The notes: generated from the sequence alone by a model not told the origin. Shown: positions 41,183 through 57,925, counted from the stretch's first letter. The stretch is 64,000 nt of DNA from Eledone cirrhosa (GCA_964016885.1 OZ024760.1:14322001-14386000); one strand, 5' to 3'. Translations and numbers: made by a program.

Positions 41183-41617
41183 TTAACCCTTTAGCATTTA
41201 AACCAGCCATATCTGGCCAGAATTGTCTCACCCCTTTCTCTTCAAACTGGCTGTAACCGGTCGCTCATACTAACGTTAAGGTATTGTTCTCAAAATAAAT
41301 AATATCAAAATCTCATTGATTTGATATTATGTGAGATAATTATGTGAAATAAAGCCTTTACCGTGAAAATACAATAGTAAATATAGAGTAATGTAAATGC
41401 TAAAGGGTTAAACTGGTCATATCTGGCCAAAATTCTCTCACCTCTTTCTCTTTAAACCAGTCGTAACTGGCCACTCATATCAATGTTAAGGTATTGTTCT
41501 CAAAATAAATATCAAATTTTCATAGATTCGATAATACTAAGATAATTATGTGAAATAAAACCTTTTCTGTGAAAATACAATAGTAAATATAGAGTAATAT
41601 GAATGCTAAAGGGTTAA
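41183..41617 (+). mobile_element. piggyBac-like MITE dimer
   Basis: TTAACCCTTTAGC..AAAGGGTTAA (41411)..second body..AAAGGGTTAA (41617). Confidence 0.85.
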
Positions 41618-41732
41618 TACTGCAATTTTTCAAAACAATCTATCCACCAGTAAAGATACTATAAACATTTGAATTAACAATACTGTTTTTAAATATATTA
41701 AGAGTTAAGGTTCAGTAATGTGCCTCTCTAGA

Positions 41733-42085
41733 AGGCGGTGAGTTGGCAGAGTTGTTAGAGCGTCGGATAGAATGCTTTGCAGTATTTATTCCAATTCTCT
41801 GCTTTCTGAGTTCAAATCTCGCCGAGGTCAACTTTGCCTTTTATCTATTTAAGGTCGATAAAAAGGTACCAGTTTAGTACCAGTACTAAACTGGTACCTT
41901 TTTATCTTCCTCTATATCTCTCTCTTTCACTTCTTTTCTCTCTCTATCCATCTCTGGAAAAAAATCTGCTGTATTCAAATCTGGAAAGGAGACAGGCTCC
42001 GCCAGATTTAAAGATGCCCTAAAAACACCATATGTCAATACGGTGCCCCCTACAAATTCCTTGGGAGTTATGGGTCCATACATAC
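41733..42085 (+). mobile_element. SINE family 1 relative with alternative 3' tail
   Basis: Same head and core followed by tctggaa.aaatctgctgta..ggagtta.ggg.ccatac; also at ~45790-46050 (-) and ~58915-59185 (+). Confidence 0.7.
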
Positions 42086-43267
42086 TATGTGCCTCTCTAA
42101 GGTCTGGGCCCTAGATGACTGCCTAACTGGGCCTAATGGTAGGACCAAGCCAGGCTATTTGGCAAATATGTTTAGTGATGACAGGAAATTATTATATATT
42201 AAATTTAATTTTACAAATTTATATAAACCTGTGATCCTTTAAGGTCTGTTCTGTGCCTTTCTGATGTCTGGGTCTTAAGTGGCTGCTTAGTAGGCCTTAA
42301 TATTAACACTATTCCTAGTTTCATGACAAAAATGTTTCATGATTTATTTACTGATTACAGGAAATTATTATAAACTAGTTTTTTCAACACGCTGATGAAT
42401 ATGTGTATATGTGTATATGTGTATGTATGTGTACATGTATGCTCGTGTGTGCATGTGTATATGCATACATTTATATGTATACATATACATATAAATGTGC
42501 AAACAGACACACTTACAACAATACACACTCAGACATACATTCACACAAACACACATACATCCACACAAACACACACACATACATTCACACAAACACACAC
42601 ACACATACATTCACACAAATACACACACATACATTCACACAAATACACACATACATCCACACAAACACACACATACATTCACACAAACACACACATACAT
42701 TCACACACAGTTTAGTTTTTTCACCATCCCCTTCCTTTCTTTTACACACACATACATTCACACAGGCAGTAGACGTAAAGAGAGAGTAGTAGTAGGTAGT
42801 TAAACTACACCTCCCTCTTCAGGTGTTGTATGCAGACGTAAAGAGAGAGGAATAGTATGAGGTAGTCAAAACACTTCTCTCTCTTTACGTGTTGAGACAG
42901 AATTGCAGGAATTTATATATAGAGATTTTAATTTAATTCTACAACTTTCTATAAAACTGTGATCCTTTAAGGGTCAGTAATGTGCTTTTCTGAAGTCAGG
43001 GTCATAGGTTGCTGCCTAGTTGACTTTAATTGGAGAGACAGCGCTGCTTTTATGTGATGTGAAGTTTTACATTACAATACCATTACAGTCAGATCTATAA
43101 CGCAGCTGTTGCCACCAAATTAGTTTTATGGCTTTGCTATCGATCTTCATCGTGTTCTATCGGTTTTTACATTTCTCTGGACATTCCATTGTTTAACTTG
43201 CATTCAAGTGTGACCATCCTCACTTATGTTTGTTTTGGTGACACAATATATTTCATACTTATTATAC

Positions 43268-43622
43268 AAGACAACCTCAGACATAATATTAAACACTTTT
43301 TAAACCAGCCTCAGACATAATATTTTTAACACTTTTTATACCAGACAACCTCAGACATAATATTTTTAACACTTTTTATACCAGACAACCTCAGACATAA
43401 TATTTAACAGTTTTTATACCAGACAACCTCAGACATAATATTTCACACTTTTTATACCAGACAACCCCAGACATAATATTTCACACTTTTTATACCAGAC
43501 AACCCCAGACATAATATTTCACACTTTTTATACCAGACAACCTCAGACATAATATTTCACACTTTTTATACCAGACAACCTCAGACATAATATTTAACAG
43601 TTTTTATACCAGACAACCTCAG
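43268..43622. repeat. ~38-40-bp minisatellite (~9 units)
   Basis: ccagacaacctcagacataatatttcacactttttata. Confidence 0.95.
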
Positions 43623-43706
43623 TCAACTAGGATGTTCATATTTCAATCAAAATCTCATTATAATGTGAAAACTGTTGTGAGAATTCAGTTGGTCGACACC
43701 AATATG

Positions 43707-43730
<24 letters not shown>

Positions 43731-43738
<8 letters not shown>

Positions 43739-43933
43739 AGATTCAGGACCCCGATGGTTGACCTCTGGCCGTTTTGACAGCTAGATCCGAACAGTTCGGA
43801 TCTAGCTGTCGAAACAGCCAGAGCTCAGCCATCGGGGTCCTGAATCTTTTCATATTACCCATTCTCCTACCCCAAGTATTGAGTACTCTGGTGGGTTATG
43901 GTCCACCTGGTATCTTACCACACCTTCTTTGTT
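43731..43933 (+). mobile_element. Fold-back element family B, CpG-decayed copy
   Basis: Arms 43731-43792 and 43794-43855; tail TTGAGTACTC at 43879; TA-flanked. Confidence 0.85.
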
Positions 43934-44159
43934 ATATATATATATATATATATATATTTGCTAGTATTGAAAAGTGGACGTAAAATGATGATGATAATAA
44001 TACATGTATATATGTACTTTATTTATCAACCTTAAAAGGATGAAAGGTAAAGTTGACCTTGGATGCATTTGAAAAGAGAGAACCAGAATGAATATCTCAA
44101 AGCATTCTATCTGGCATTCTAATGACTGTCATTTCACCATCTAGCAGCTACAATGATAG

Positions 44160-44450
44160 GTCTAAAAAGTCTAAAGTCTGTCTTAAGCCAGAAGGCTCAT
44201 TTGGCCGGTGCTTATCCTGGTTTCATGGCGTGAAGTGACTGAGAGTACAAGACTCCCCCCTGGACCGAATGCCAGTCCATCGCAGGGTTAAACCCCCAGC
44301 TATTGCTGGTACTCATTTTCAGCTGAGTATACTCAAGCAAGGGGAAATGAAGTGCTTTGCTCAAGAACACAACACGCAACCCAGGAATCAAACCCACGAT
44401 ATTATGATCGTAAGTCGAACACCCGTACCACTAGACCACGTGCCTCCACA
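44160..44450 (-). mobile_element. SINE family 2 relative with cctgcgatggactggc body
   Basis: tRNA-like head plus ttcttgagcaaagcacttcattt core; second copy at 48530-48815. Confidence 0.8.
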
Positions 44451-44507
44451 CGATAATGGGTACGATTGAGAATTTAAAGCTTGGATACGCAAGGTATATG
44501 TTCCACC

Positions 44508-44723
44508 TTAACTCTTTAGCATTTAAACTAGCCATATCCGGCCAGAATTCTCTCACCTCTTTCTGTTCAAACAGGCTGTAACCAGCCACTCATACTGATG
44601 TTAAGGTATTGTTCTCAAAATAAATAATATCAAAATCTTGTAGATTCAATATTATGTGAGATAAAGCCTTTACCACGAAAATACAATAGCAAATATAGAT
44701 TAATGTAAATGCTAAAAGGTTAA
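44508..44723 (+). mobile_element. piggyBac-like MITE
   Basis: ttaactctttagcatt ... aatgctaaaaggttaa. Confidence 0.8.
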
Positions 44724-44729
44724 ACAAGA

Positions 44730-45455
44730 CATTTGCAGCTTGGATACATAAGTTATATATTCCCCATTATCTCATACAGTACCTTTTATTTTCCCACAAC
44801 ATTATATGAGATATACAGCTTGGATATAAAAGTTGTATATCCCACATTAGCTAACTGTAAAAGATTTGTTTTTTCCCTAAAAAATTATTAAATGAAATAT
44901 TCACAGCTTCAATACAAAAGCTAAATATTTCATATTAACTCATTGTAAATGTTTTTTTCTTTTTCCACAATATTAAATGAGACATTCACAGCTTGAATAC
45001 AAAAGTTATATATTCTACATTATCTCACCATAAACGTTTTTTTTCCCAAAAATATTAAACAAGTCATTCACAGCTTGAATATGAAAGCTGTATATTCGAC
45101 ATTATCTCACTATAAACCTTTTCTTTTTCCACAATATTAAATTTACAGCTTTGACGTATGAGCTTCATTTTCTACATTAACTCAACATAAATATTTTTTC
45201 TTTTTCCATATTATTAAACGAGATATTCACAGCTTGAATACAAAATTTTTATATTCTACATTATCTCACAATAAACTTTTTTTCTTTTTCCACAACATTA
45301 TTATACTTTGATACAAGAGCTTCATTTTCTACATTAACTCAATATAAATATTTTTTTCTTTTTCCACGATGTTATATGAGACATTCATAGTTTAAATACA
45401 ACAGCTGTATGTTCCACACTAGCTCAACATAAAATCTTATATTTTTCCACAATGT
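44730..45455. repeat. Diverged ~80-bp tandem repeat
   Basis: cagcttg.ata..aa.gttatatatt..acatta.ctca..ttttttccacaa.atta recurs ~8-9 times. Confidence 0.75.
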
Positions 45456-45514
45456 TAGCCAACACATTCCCATCCGGCTGACCACTACAACAGCGCAACA
45501 TTATTGTTCTCATC

Positions 45515-45680
45515 GCTAGAGGGTCGAACACCATGCTTTGTAGCATAGAGTTATGCCCCTTTACGGTCTGAGTTCAAATCCCGCCGAGGTTAACTTTGCA
45601 ATCTTATTGGGTCAATAAAATAAAGTATCAGTAATGCACTGGGATAATTGCTGGCCTTGTGCCAAAAGTACAAACAATTA
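45515..45680 (+). mobile_element. SINE family 1
   Basis: Same B box, core and tail as 59402. Confidence 0.8.
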
Positions 45681-46242
45681 TTCTTCTTTTCATACACATA
45701 AAAATATTGGGACAGCTTTACGTGTTTCACACCTAATTGGTAGTTCCTTAGATGAGCACAATTCTTGTTTTCTGTCCGCAAAGAGAACTACAATATGGTA
45801 TGGTCCGTAACTACTGATATAATTGTAGGGAGTAAAGCAGATTTCTGAGTAAAGCAGATTTCTTCCAGAGAAAGATAGAAAGTGAGAAAGAGGAAATGAG
45901 AAATGAGATATAGACAAAGAATCGACCTCAGTACTAGACTGGTACTTTTTTTATTGACCTTGAAAGGGTGGAAGGCAAAGTTGACCTCGGTGGGATTTGA
46001 ACTCAGAGAGCAGAGAACCAGAATGAATACCATAAAGCATTCTATCTCTCTATATTTCCGAAGCACAAACCAAGACACCGCTAAATTACCAGTGTAATTT
46101 GCTTACTATCAATTTATTGGGTACCTGATTAATAAAACAATAAATATTTATGCTCAACACAGTGTATATTAGAATATCTGGGATGAATTATAAGCAAGCC
46201 TTAGAATTTATAAGCTGTAGGTATTCTTATATTAAAATTAAT

Positions 46243-46418
46243 TGTTTCTACTTTTGGCACAAGGCCAGCAATTATCCAGTACATTATTGGTACTTTATTT
46301 TATCGACCCCCGTAAGGATGAAAGGCAAAGTTAACCTCGGCGGGATTTGAACTCAGATCGTAAAGGGACGTAACTATGCTGGAAAGCATGTCTGACCCTC
46401 TACCAATACTGCCAATCC
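46243..46418 (-). mobile_element. Young SINE family 1 with perfect 20-bp TSD
   Basis: attcttatattaaaattaat at 46223-46242 and 46419-46438; CpGs intact. Confidence 0.9.
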
Positions 46419-46545
46419 ATTCTTATATTAAAATTAATGTCTTAAAACAGACATAAAATGATATATACATATAAATATGCGTGTGTGTCTATATATATGT
46501 ATATATATATATAGTGTATATATATATATATACAATATATATAGT

Positions 46546-46594
<49 letters not shown>

Positions 46595-46641
46595 GTGTCT
46601 GTATTTATGTACATATGTATATATTTTATATATATATATAT

Positions 46642-46741
<100 letters not shown>

Positions 46742-46985
46742 ATATATAATAGTAATAATAATAAATATGAAGACTAAAATCCAAAGAGGGCTCAGAGAGC
46801 TAAGTAGATAGGTAGATAGATAGATATTTGAATGTAGTTAAAAGGCACTTCGCAATAAATACTTGAAATCATAAAAAAACTGAAATATATTTTCGCCATG
46901 AGAGCTCAATAAATAATTGAAAATTAATTAGAGCTTCGCTAATAGATCCTATGTCAAGAAAATAGAATCAAATATATTATACATA

Positions 46986-47031
<46 letters not shown>

Positions 47032-47173
47032 TTGTACACATACATACATACCGTTTTATGTATGTGTGTGTGTGAATCTGTGAGTGATTGTGTGTGTTTA
47101 TGTATTGGTATGTATGTGTGTGTATTTGTATACATGTAAGTATATGTATGTATGTACATATATGTATATATAC

Positions 47174-47222
<49 letters not shown>

Positions 47223-47391
47223 CATATATATACATATATATATATACATATATGTATATATATATATATCTTATATATATACACACATATGTGTGTCTGT
47301 GAATATGTGTGCTTTTGTATTGATGTGTATGTGTGTGTTTTTGTATGAATGTAAATATATGTATGTATGTACATGTATGTATATATATATA

Positions 47392-47457
<66 letters not shown>

Positions 47458-48049
47458 CATATGTGTGTGTGAATATGTGTGCTTATATATTTATATATAT
47501 GCATGTAAGTATATATATATATGTGTGTGCATGGGTATCTGTGTGTGTGTATGTGTATGCATGTGTCTTTGTGTGTGTGTGCATGCATGTGAGTGTGTGT
47601 ATATGTGTGTATGTGTAACAATGATTTCAAGGTGTCCTTAACTGTGTGATGTACCAGCTGTCTTATTTTTCAACATTATTAATATATATATATAAAGATG
47701 TATCTATTTATTCTTATGGTGGCGGCGGTGGTGGTGTTATAGTGACAATGTGATGGTGGTGGTGGTGGTGGTAGCAGTAGTGTTGTAACAGTGTGGTGGT
47801 GATGTTGGTGACAGTGGTGTTGTTTTGATAGTTTGGCAGTAGTGGTGGTGGTAGTTTGTTGTGGTCACCACCACCACCAACACCACCAACACCACCACCA
47901 CCAACACCACCAACACCATTATCTTCATAATGCTGTAAAACCATATAAGTAAGAATCTCTCTCAAAATACTTAGACATTTAACCAAGTATCGGTACTATT
48001 GATATTAGTAAAGGATAAAGACCCACTTGGATGACAAATGACTATGGGT

Positions 48050-48815
48050 AATCCCAGTGGAAAGAAGACACAGTAGAGGAAGACCACGGAAAACATGGGC
48101 GGAGGTGGGGAGAGCTGACCTCAGATCGCTGAAGTTCACAGAGCAGATTTCAAAGGATCGTGACAAATGGAGAGATGCTGTGCTGAAGAGGGTCTGTCCC
48201 ACCCTTACAAGCAGTGAAAAGCTGACATGATGATGATGGTGATGATGATGAAAGGGCCCCTCTGAGTCAGTAGCCAATGTATGCCCATCTCCCCCTCTCC
48301 TCTCCAACGATGTCAATCAAAGGAAATGTAACGGCTGATACAACTTAGCACTTGTAACATCACAACTCATTTCTGCAGCTCAGTGGACTTGAGTATCATG
48401 AAATAAAGAGTTTTGCTCCAAGACACAACACATCACCCATTCTAGAAATTGAACTCCCAACCTCATGATTGTGAATCCAATGCTCCAACCACTAAGCCAC
48501 ACACCTCTGCATTTGTATGAGTATTGTAATCTAAGTCTAAAGTCTGTCTTAAACTAGAAGGCTCACCTCAGTGCTTATCCCAGTTTAATGGCGTGAAGCG
48601 ACTGAGAGTACAAGACTCTCCCCTGGACAGGACACCAGTTCATCACAAGTTTAAACCCCCAGCTATTGCTGGAACTCATTTTCAGCTGAGTATACTCGAG
48701 CAACATGAAATGAAGTTTTTTACTCAAGAACACAACATGAAGCCCAGCCCAGGAATTGAATCCATGACATTATGATTATAAATCCAACACCCTGACCACT
48801 AAGCCACACACCTCC
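48050..48815. mobile_element. RTE 3' fragment (48050-48250, +) followed by two SINE family 2 copies (-)
   Basis: ccacggaaaacatgggcggaggt..ggagagatgctgtgctgaa; SINE heads end in accactaagccacacacctc at ~48508 and ~48813. Confidence 0.8.
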
Positions 48816-48959
48816 TATTGTAATATAAATATTAATGGTATTGATATTGGTATTTGTCTGGCACGAAGTAGACGTCTTAAAGCAAGACTAATACTTCTGA
48901 TGATAATTGGAGACTAAACCGATCGAAATTTAGTGTAGATATAAATACAATTCATTATA

Positions 48960-51055
<2,096 letters not shown>

Positions 51056-51209
51056 GATCAATATATTTATATGAAAGAAAGTATGTATCGAAGAAAATTT
51101 CATCTGTAAATATAGGAGTTAATAGTCGGAAAAAATCATAATCTTATTAACAACAACTCATCTAAGACATGAAAATGTTTACACAGTAGTTCTATGGATG
51201 AGATGGAAT

Positions 51210-51261
<52 letters not shown>

Positions 51262-51291
51262 TATTTGCAACAACACAGCTCGCCATTTTTC

Positions 51292-51330
<39 letters not shown>

Positions 51331-51999
51331 ATCCTTATAACACTTATATGTTTTGACATATCCATTATATTAGTAGAAGTCATCCCAGTATGAATCAGTA
51401 AGCAGAATTAATGGTTTAGACAGCCTCTCTCTCTCTGGTTGGTAGAACTCACCCGCACCCCCACCCTACCCACTGCATGTCTGTCTGTCTGAGGCCACTA
51501 CTGTTAAACCATCTCAAACACCTTTCAATAAACAACCTCTTTGACTCTCAGCTTGTGTATATATATATAACTAGTATGTATATATATATGTATACTACGT
51601 ACATTCACACAAATATATATGTATGTATGTTCTTCTGGTTTTATAATTTCACAAATTTTTGCCAATAGAGAGAGAGTCGGTTTCTAACATAGTTACAAGA
51701 CTCTCTCATTGGAATTTACACAACATCAACTTGGTAGATATGTATGCATGTCTGCACGCATGCATGTATGTGCAGGTATGGATATTATTGTATGTGTGGA
51801 TGTGTATGTTTTGAGTTGTATGTGTGCATGTGTATACACTTTGTATCTGTACATGTGTATATGCAGTTATTAGAGGCAAAATTTTTGGAATGTTTTACAT
51901 ATTTTTACTGTTCCATTAATGGATTGTACTTGTAAGTATGTATGTATGTGTGTGTATATATATATATATATTTAATTTTAACCTGTTGACTTACACTTC

Positions 52000-52038
<39 letters not shown>

Positions 52039-52039
52039 G

Positions 52040-52233
52040 AGCAATGTCTTGCTCATACAGGTGACCATGTCTTGTTCATACAGAACTGATTTGGACTTGG
52101 TTTCTACAGCTGGATGCCCTTCCTAACACCAACTTCATTTACAGTGAGTACTGGGTAGTGACACCTACATGACCACTTTACAGTGTAGACTGGATGCTTC
52201 ACTGGACATATACTTCCGCTTGACCTCCTGGGA

Positions 52234-52265
<32 letters not shown>

Positions 52266-52455
52266 CTCATATATGCAATATATATATACATATGTGGTTG
52301 GTGCTAGGAAGGGCATCCAGCCGTAAAAAAACTAGCCAGAAACTCTATTATATGAGCAAGACATGGTCACCCGACCCAACTTGCCTCTAAATGGGATAAA
52401 CCCGTCTAACCCATGCTAGCATGGAAGATAGACGTTAATCGATGATGATGATGAT
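52040..52455. mobile_element. Two SINE family 3 pieces in inverted orientation
   Basis: cagctggatgcccttcctaacacc (~52107, minus) and ggtgctaggaagggcatccagccg (~52300, plus). Confidence 0.8.
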
Positions 52456-53418
52456 ATATGCACATACACATATACATACACAGAATCTTTCCATTTATTT
52501 CTATAAAAAATATATAATTATTTGTCCATTTTTCACTGAACAAAGAACTTTAACTGGCAACACAATTTTCTTTTATTAGAAGTAAACCATTGCTGAGATT
52601 ACATTTTATTTTTACACTTTACAATATTAATTTGAAATCTTAAATGTCAAATGAGCTGTAAACATTGCCAGCATTAAGTATTATTGCATTTTATTTGTAA
52701 TTATACAATTGTTAACCAACCTACACAAGACTTAAATCTTTTGATATTAAACCACCTGAAATTACACCAGCTTCTATAATACAAAACTATTTATTTTATA
52801 GTGCTTAGTTCATCTAAAATCCTTCTATCATAATTCAGTGGGTAGGCAAATTATACAATAGCCAACAAACCTACAACCAGCCTAGACAAAACTTAAATCA
52901 CCCCGGCTTCTATAATACAAAATATTTTTAAATGTTTATATTCCATTAAAATACTTCTATCATAATTCTGGGGGCAGGCAAATTATACAATTAGAAACCA
53001 ACCTACAACCAACCTACACAAAACTTAAATCTTTTGATATTAATATTGCTTCTATAATACAAAACTGTTTATTTTAAAGTGTTTATATTCATATAAAATC
53101 CTTCCATTATAATTCTGGGGGTGGGCAACAACTTTTTTCCAACAGGAAACAAGCTCTACCAAATTATTAGAGGGTTCTGTAGAAGTAGTTGACCTGGGTG
53201 AAAGTTATGCTCCAAGTACCAGTTAAATAAACAGAAAGTTTGTTATCTTACTAAATCCTTCCAAATCCTTGATTATTTTCAAAATAACTTTTAAATCATA
53301 GGCAGGGTCTTTCATTAGAAATATGGTAGCAATACAGTTTAAATGTTTATATTTATCTAAAAATTTCCATCCTAATTCTATGTATGAACTTTTATTAAGT
53401 TATGTTCCAAAAACCAGT

Positions 53419-53908
53419 TTAACCCTTTAACATTTACATTACTCTATATATACTATTGTATTTTCGTAGTTAAGGCTTTATCTTACATAATTATCTCACA
53501 TAATATCGCATCTACGAGATTTTGATATTATTTATTTTGAGAACAATACCTTAACATTAGTATAAGCAGCCAGTTACAGCCAGTTTGAACAGAAAGAGGG
53601 GTGAGAATTCTGGCTGGATATGGCTGGTTTAAATGTGTGTGACAGCTCACACCTATGCAGGTTTAGCTGGCCTCCTCCAAGGTATATCTCGTTGGAGGTG
53701 TCTTGGGTGATTTTAATGATAGGGACCCCAGTCTTATCATCTCATTTCTACAGATGAGTAAACTGGAGCAACGTGAAATAAAGTGTCTTGCTCAAGGAAA
53801 CAACTCGTCATGGTCTGAGAATTTAACTCACAACCTTTCGATTTCAAGCCCAATACTCTAACCACTAAGCCATGCGCCTTCACGCTGGTTTAAATGCTAA
53901 AGGGTTAA
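53419..53908 (-). mobile_element. piggyBac-like MITE interrupted by a SINE family 2 copy (53636-53883)
   Basis: TIRs at 53419 and 53908; SINE TSD gctggtttaaatg at 53623-53635 and 53884-53896. Confidence 0.85.
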
Positions 53909-55347
53909 AGCATTTATATTTATCTAAATCTTCCATCATAATTTCATTAGGAACTTTTATTAGGTTATGTTAAAAAAACCAGTTTAATAATGAGAAAATT
54001 AGTAATATTACAAAACCTTTTCAATCCATGGTTATTTTCGAAATGATTTAAAAATTCTAGGCAGTGGTTTTCAATAAAAAAAAATATGGTAAGGAAACAG
54101 TTAAACAAAAAACTTTAGCCAGCAATTCTGTTTTCTTTTATTTGAACAAACCATTGTAGAAAATAATTCATTTATTTATACACTTTACAATATTAATTTG
54201 AAATCTTAAATGTCAAATGAACTGTAAACATTGCCAGCATTAAGAACTAGCTCATAAGACAGAGTAAATGATGATAAGCAGCTGTTTTATGTGGCCAGAT
54301 AAATGAAGAATGTTAACACTAATTGACTATAATGAAGGTGTGACTATCTACATCTTCAATTTATATATACATAGACTCATCGTTAACAAGAGAAGCTTTG
54401 TGAATAACTAAAGAAAATCTGCATATAATATATTGAGTGTTGAAAACAATATATTTTCAATTATCGTTTTGGTGTGAAGATGCAGGGTCTATTATCAGAG
54501 GTGTTGTACTCACAACCATAAAGGCATGCGTTTGGTTTGATTTACAGACTGGATGAGTTCTGTCCTTGAGCAAGGCATGTTTTTTATGTGGTATCAGTTC
54601 ATCATCATCATCATCATCCTCATCATCACTGTTTTATGGTCATTCTTCCACGCTAACATGGGTTAGATGGGTTGTCCTGTTGTGGGCAATGCCAGATCAG
54701 GTGACGATGCCTTGATCATACAGAATTGATTCTGGCTTGATTTCTACAGCTGGATGCCCTTCCTAACACCAACCTCATTTACAGTGAGTACTGGGTACTT
54801 TTTTACCATGGCGCCTACAATGAAAATGAGTACCAGTGGTAACTGGGGGTTTGGCAATGTGATTGACTCATTAATGAGACACAGCTGCCTATAACTTTAA
54901 AATAATTTTGAAAGTAATCAGAATTTTAGAGAGATTTAATAATATAATTAACTTTCTCGTTATAAAGCTGATGCTTGCAACGACATAATTTAACGAACGT
55001 TCTTCAATAAAATTTTGATGAAATACTTAAATTTGAATATAAACATTTTGACTCCTTCATTACCATATTTCTATTGAAAGACACTGCCTATGGTTTTCAA
55101 ATAATCATGAAAATAATCAGGAATTTAGAGGGATTTAATATTATAAAGCCGGTGTTTGGAACATAGTTTAACAAAGGTTCTTTGATAACATTCCATGAAA
55201 GGTTTAAATTTAAATATAAACACTTAAAGTCTTTTTTATCACCATTTTACATGGCCTATAATTTTTCAAATATATTTGAAAACAACCAAGAATTTCAAGG
55301 GATTTAATACTATAACTTTCTATGGAACATTACTTAATAAAAGTGCG

Positions 55348-56095
55348 TGGGGTCGATAAAATAAAGTACCAGTAATACACTGGGATAATTCCTGGTCTTG
55401 TGCCAAAAGTAGAAACAATTATTTATTTTGAGAACAATACCTTAATGTTGGTATGAGTGGCCAGTTATGACCTGTTTGAACAGAAAGAGGTGAAAGAATT
55501 CTAGCCGGATACAGCCGGTTTAAATGCTAAGGGGTTAAAACGGCCGTATCTGGCCAGAATTCTCTCACCTCTTTCTGTTCAAACTGGTTGTAACTGGCCA
55601 CTCATTCTGATTTTAAGGTATTGTTCTCAAAATAAATAATATCAAAATCTCACTGATTCGATATTAAGTGAGATAATTATGTGAGGTAAAGTTTTTACCA
55701 TGAAAATACAATAGTATATATAGAGTAATGTAAATGTTATGTGAGATATTATGTAAGATAAAACCTTTACTGTGAAAATATAATAATAAATATAGAGTAA
55801 AGTAAATGTTATGTGAGATATTATGTAAGATAAAACCTTTACTGTGAAAATATAATAATAAATATAGAGTAAAGTAAATGTTATGTGAGATATTATGTAA
55901 GATAAAACCTTTACAATGAAAATACAACAGTAAATATAGAGTAATGTAGATATTATGTGAGGTAAATCCTTTACCATGAAAATACAATAGTATATATAGA
56001 GTAATGTAAATATTGTGAGATAATTATGTGAGATTAAGCCTTTACCATGAAAATACAATAGTAAATATAGAGTAATATAAACGCTAAAGGGTTAA
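55348..56095. mobile_element. Head-to-head piggyBac-like MITEs with SINE tail; second MITE has an internally amplified ~70-bp unit
   Basis: SINE tail 55348-55422 joined at aattatttattttgagaac; tgtgagata..aaacctttac..aaaata.aatag..tatagagtaa repeated ~6 times at 55670-56080. Confidence 0.8.
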
Positions 56096-57395
56096 CACAA
56101 ACAGCTTTACATCATTAACAAGGATTGATTTCAGGTAGATTGGTATGAAAAGAGTTCTTATATGGAAGGTAAATTAAACTGACAACAATGGCAAGAGTAT
56201 ATATTATTTATATATCTAGTGCTGTCTTTGATATGATAAATTCTAGCTAAATGTGGTCCTTTGTTTTTCAAAATTCTGATAAATTTTTCAATAAAATGTC
56301 AAATGTCAGAAGCAAGCTGTTCTGTATTCTACACCTCAGTGAAGTCTTTTATTTCACTGTGCTACCACCACTACTGTCACCACCTATACTACTACCACTA
56401 CTGTCCCCACCACCTATACTACTACCACTACTGTCCCCACCACCACTACTGCCACCACCAATACTACCACCACTACTGCCACCACCAATACTACCACCAC
56501 TACTGCCACCACCAATACTACCACCACTATTGTCACCACCAATACCACCACTACTACTGTCACCACCAATACTACCACCACTACTGCTATGACTATCACA
56601 ACCACTACCACCTCCATACTACTACTACCACTACTACTACTACTACTACTAATACAATCACCATCACCACCATATGTTTGAGTGCGTGTGTGTGTTTGTG
56701 TGTGTATGTGTGTATGTGTATGTTTGAAGGCATGTATGTGTGTGTGTGTGTATTTGAGAGCATGTCTATGTGTGTGTGTGTGTGTATTTGAGAGTATGTC
56801 TATGTATGTGTGTGTGTGTATTTGAGAGTATGTCTGTGTGTGTGTGTGTGTGTATTTGAGAGTATATCTATGTATGTGTATGTGTGTGTATTTGAGAGTA
56901 TGTCCATGTGTGTATGTGCCTGTGTGTGGTGGGGATCCTTACTAAAGTAACTCAGTATTTCTAAACACTTACTGACCCCCACCCACCCTTATATCCACCC
57001 CCAAGACACGCACACTTCCACCCACTGCCATCCTTTCCTATAATTTGATTATTTCCAAGAAATGTCTTATCTCATTGGATGGAGGGGGGGGGGGGTAATG
57101 GTGGTGGTGGTGTTGTTGTTGGGGGGGAGTGCTACTGTTGCTGTTGCTGATTAATTATATAGTGGTGGTGGTGACAGTGGAGATGGTGGTGGTGGTGGTG
57201 GTGGTGGTGGTATGTCATGGTATTATGAGGGGAGGGGGCTGAGTTTTAAGGTTAAGGTGGAGAGAGGAAAAAAAACAGAGATAACAGCAATTGTTTTTGT
57301 TAGTCTCTTTCTTTCTCCTCCTCCTCTCCCCCAGCCCCTACCTCCAGTCCCTACCCCCACCCTCTCCCTCACCCCCACCCTGTCTGTCTGTGTAG

Positions 57396-57465
57396 TTGCC
57401 TGGAATTGAACCCAGTGTTTCCAAAGGTCAACTTAGTCACAGGAACAGCAACAGCTGGAATGTAA
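57396..57465 (+). CDS. Candidate terminal coding exon (G-CLELNPVFPKVNLVTGTATAGM*)
   Basis: Long pyrimidine/C-rich tract then tgtag acceptor ending at 57395; phase compatible with the 40229-40269 exon; TAA 57463-57465. Confidence 0.3.
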
Positions 57466-57925
57466 AACACAACTACTACCACAACAACAACAATATCTAC
57501 CACCACCACAACTACAATAACAACAACAAAATAACAATAATTTGAAGTATAAAAGTAAGATTTAACAGACAATGGTAGTGTTGATGATGGTGGTGGTGGT
57601 TGTAATGGTTATATTAGTGGTTGTATTGGAACTGGTTGTATTGGTAGTGGTTGTATTGGTTGAGGTGGTGGTGAGGGTGGTGGTTGTGTTGTTGTTGTTG
57701 TGTAGCCCTAGGCTAGTCCTAGGGGAAAGCAAAATCTGCTACAGCTGGGCACCAGTGTCATCACAATCCATATACATTCTATATATTATAGACCGTGCCT
57801 AATTGTCAAATCAAGCTTAGCACAAATATGATCACAACTCATACACATACTCTATATATGTGTCTTAGCATCACTCAGCAAGACCTTTGTCAGCCACTCT
57901 CCAGCTATCTATTTAAAGCTATATG

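Noticed and set aside
51630-51735. Repeat with GAAACCG and caatgag on the minus strand as a hammerhead
   Set aside because: No CUGANGA core or UH site in register; left as an unclassified repeat fragment.
57456-57466. miR-1-like tggaatgtaaa (and let-7-like tgaggtagt near 42859)
   Set aside because: Only the seed region matches; the rest of the mature sequence and a precursor hairpin are absent.
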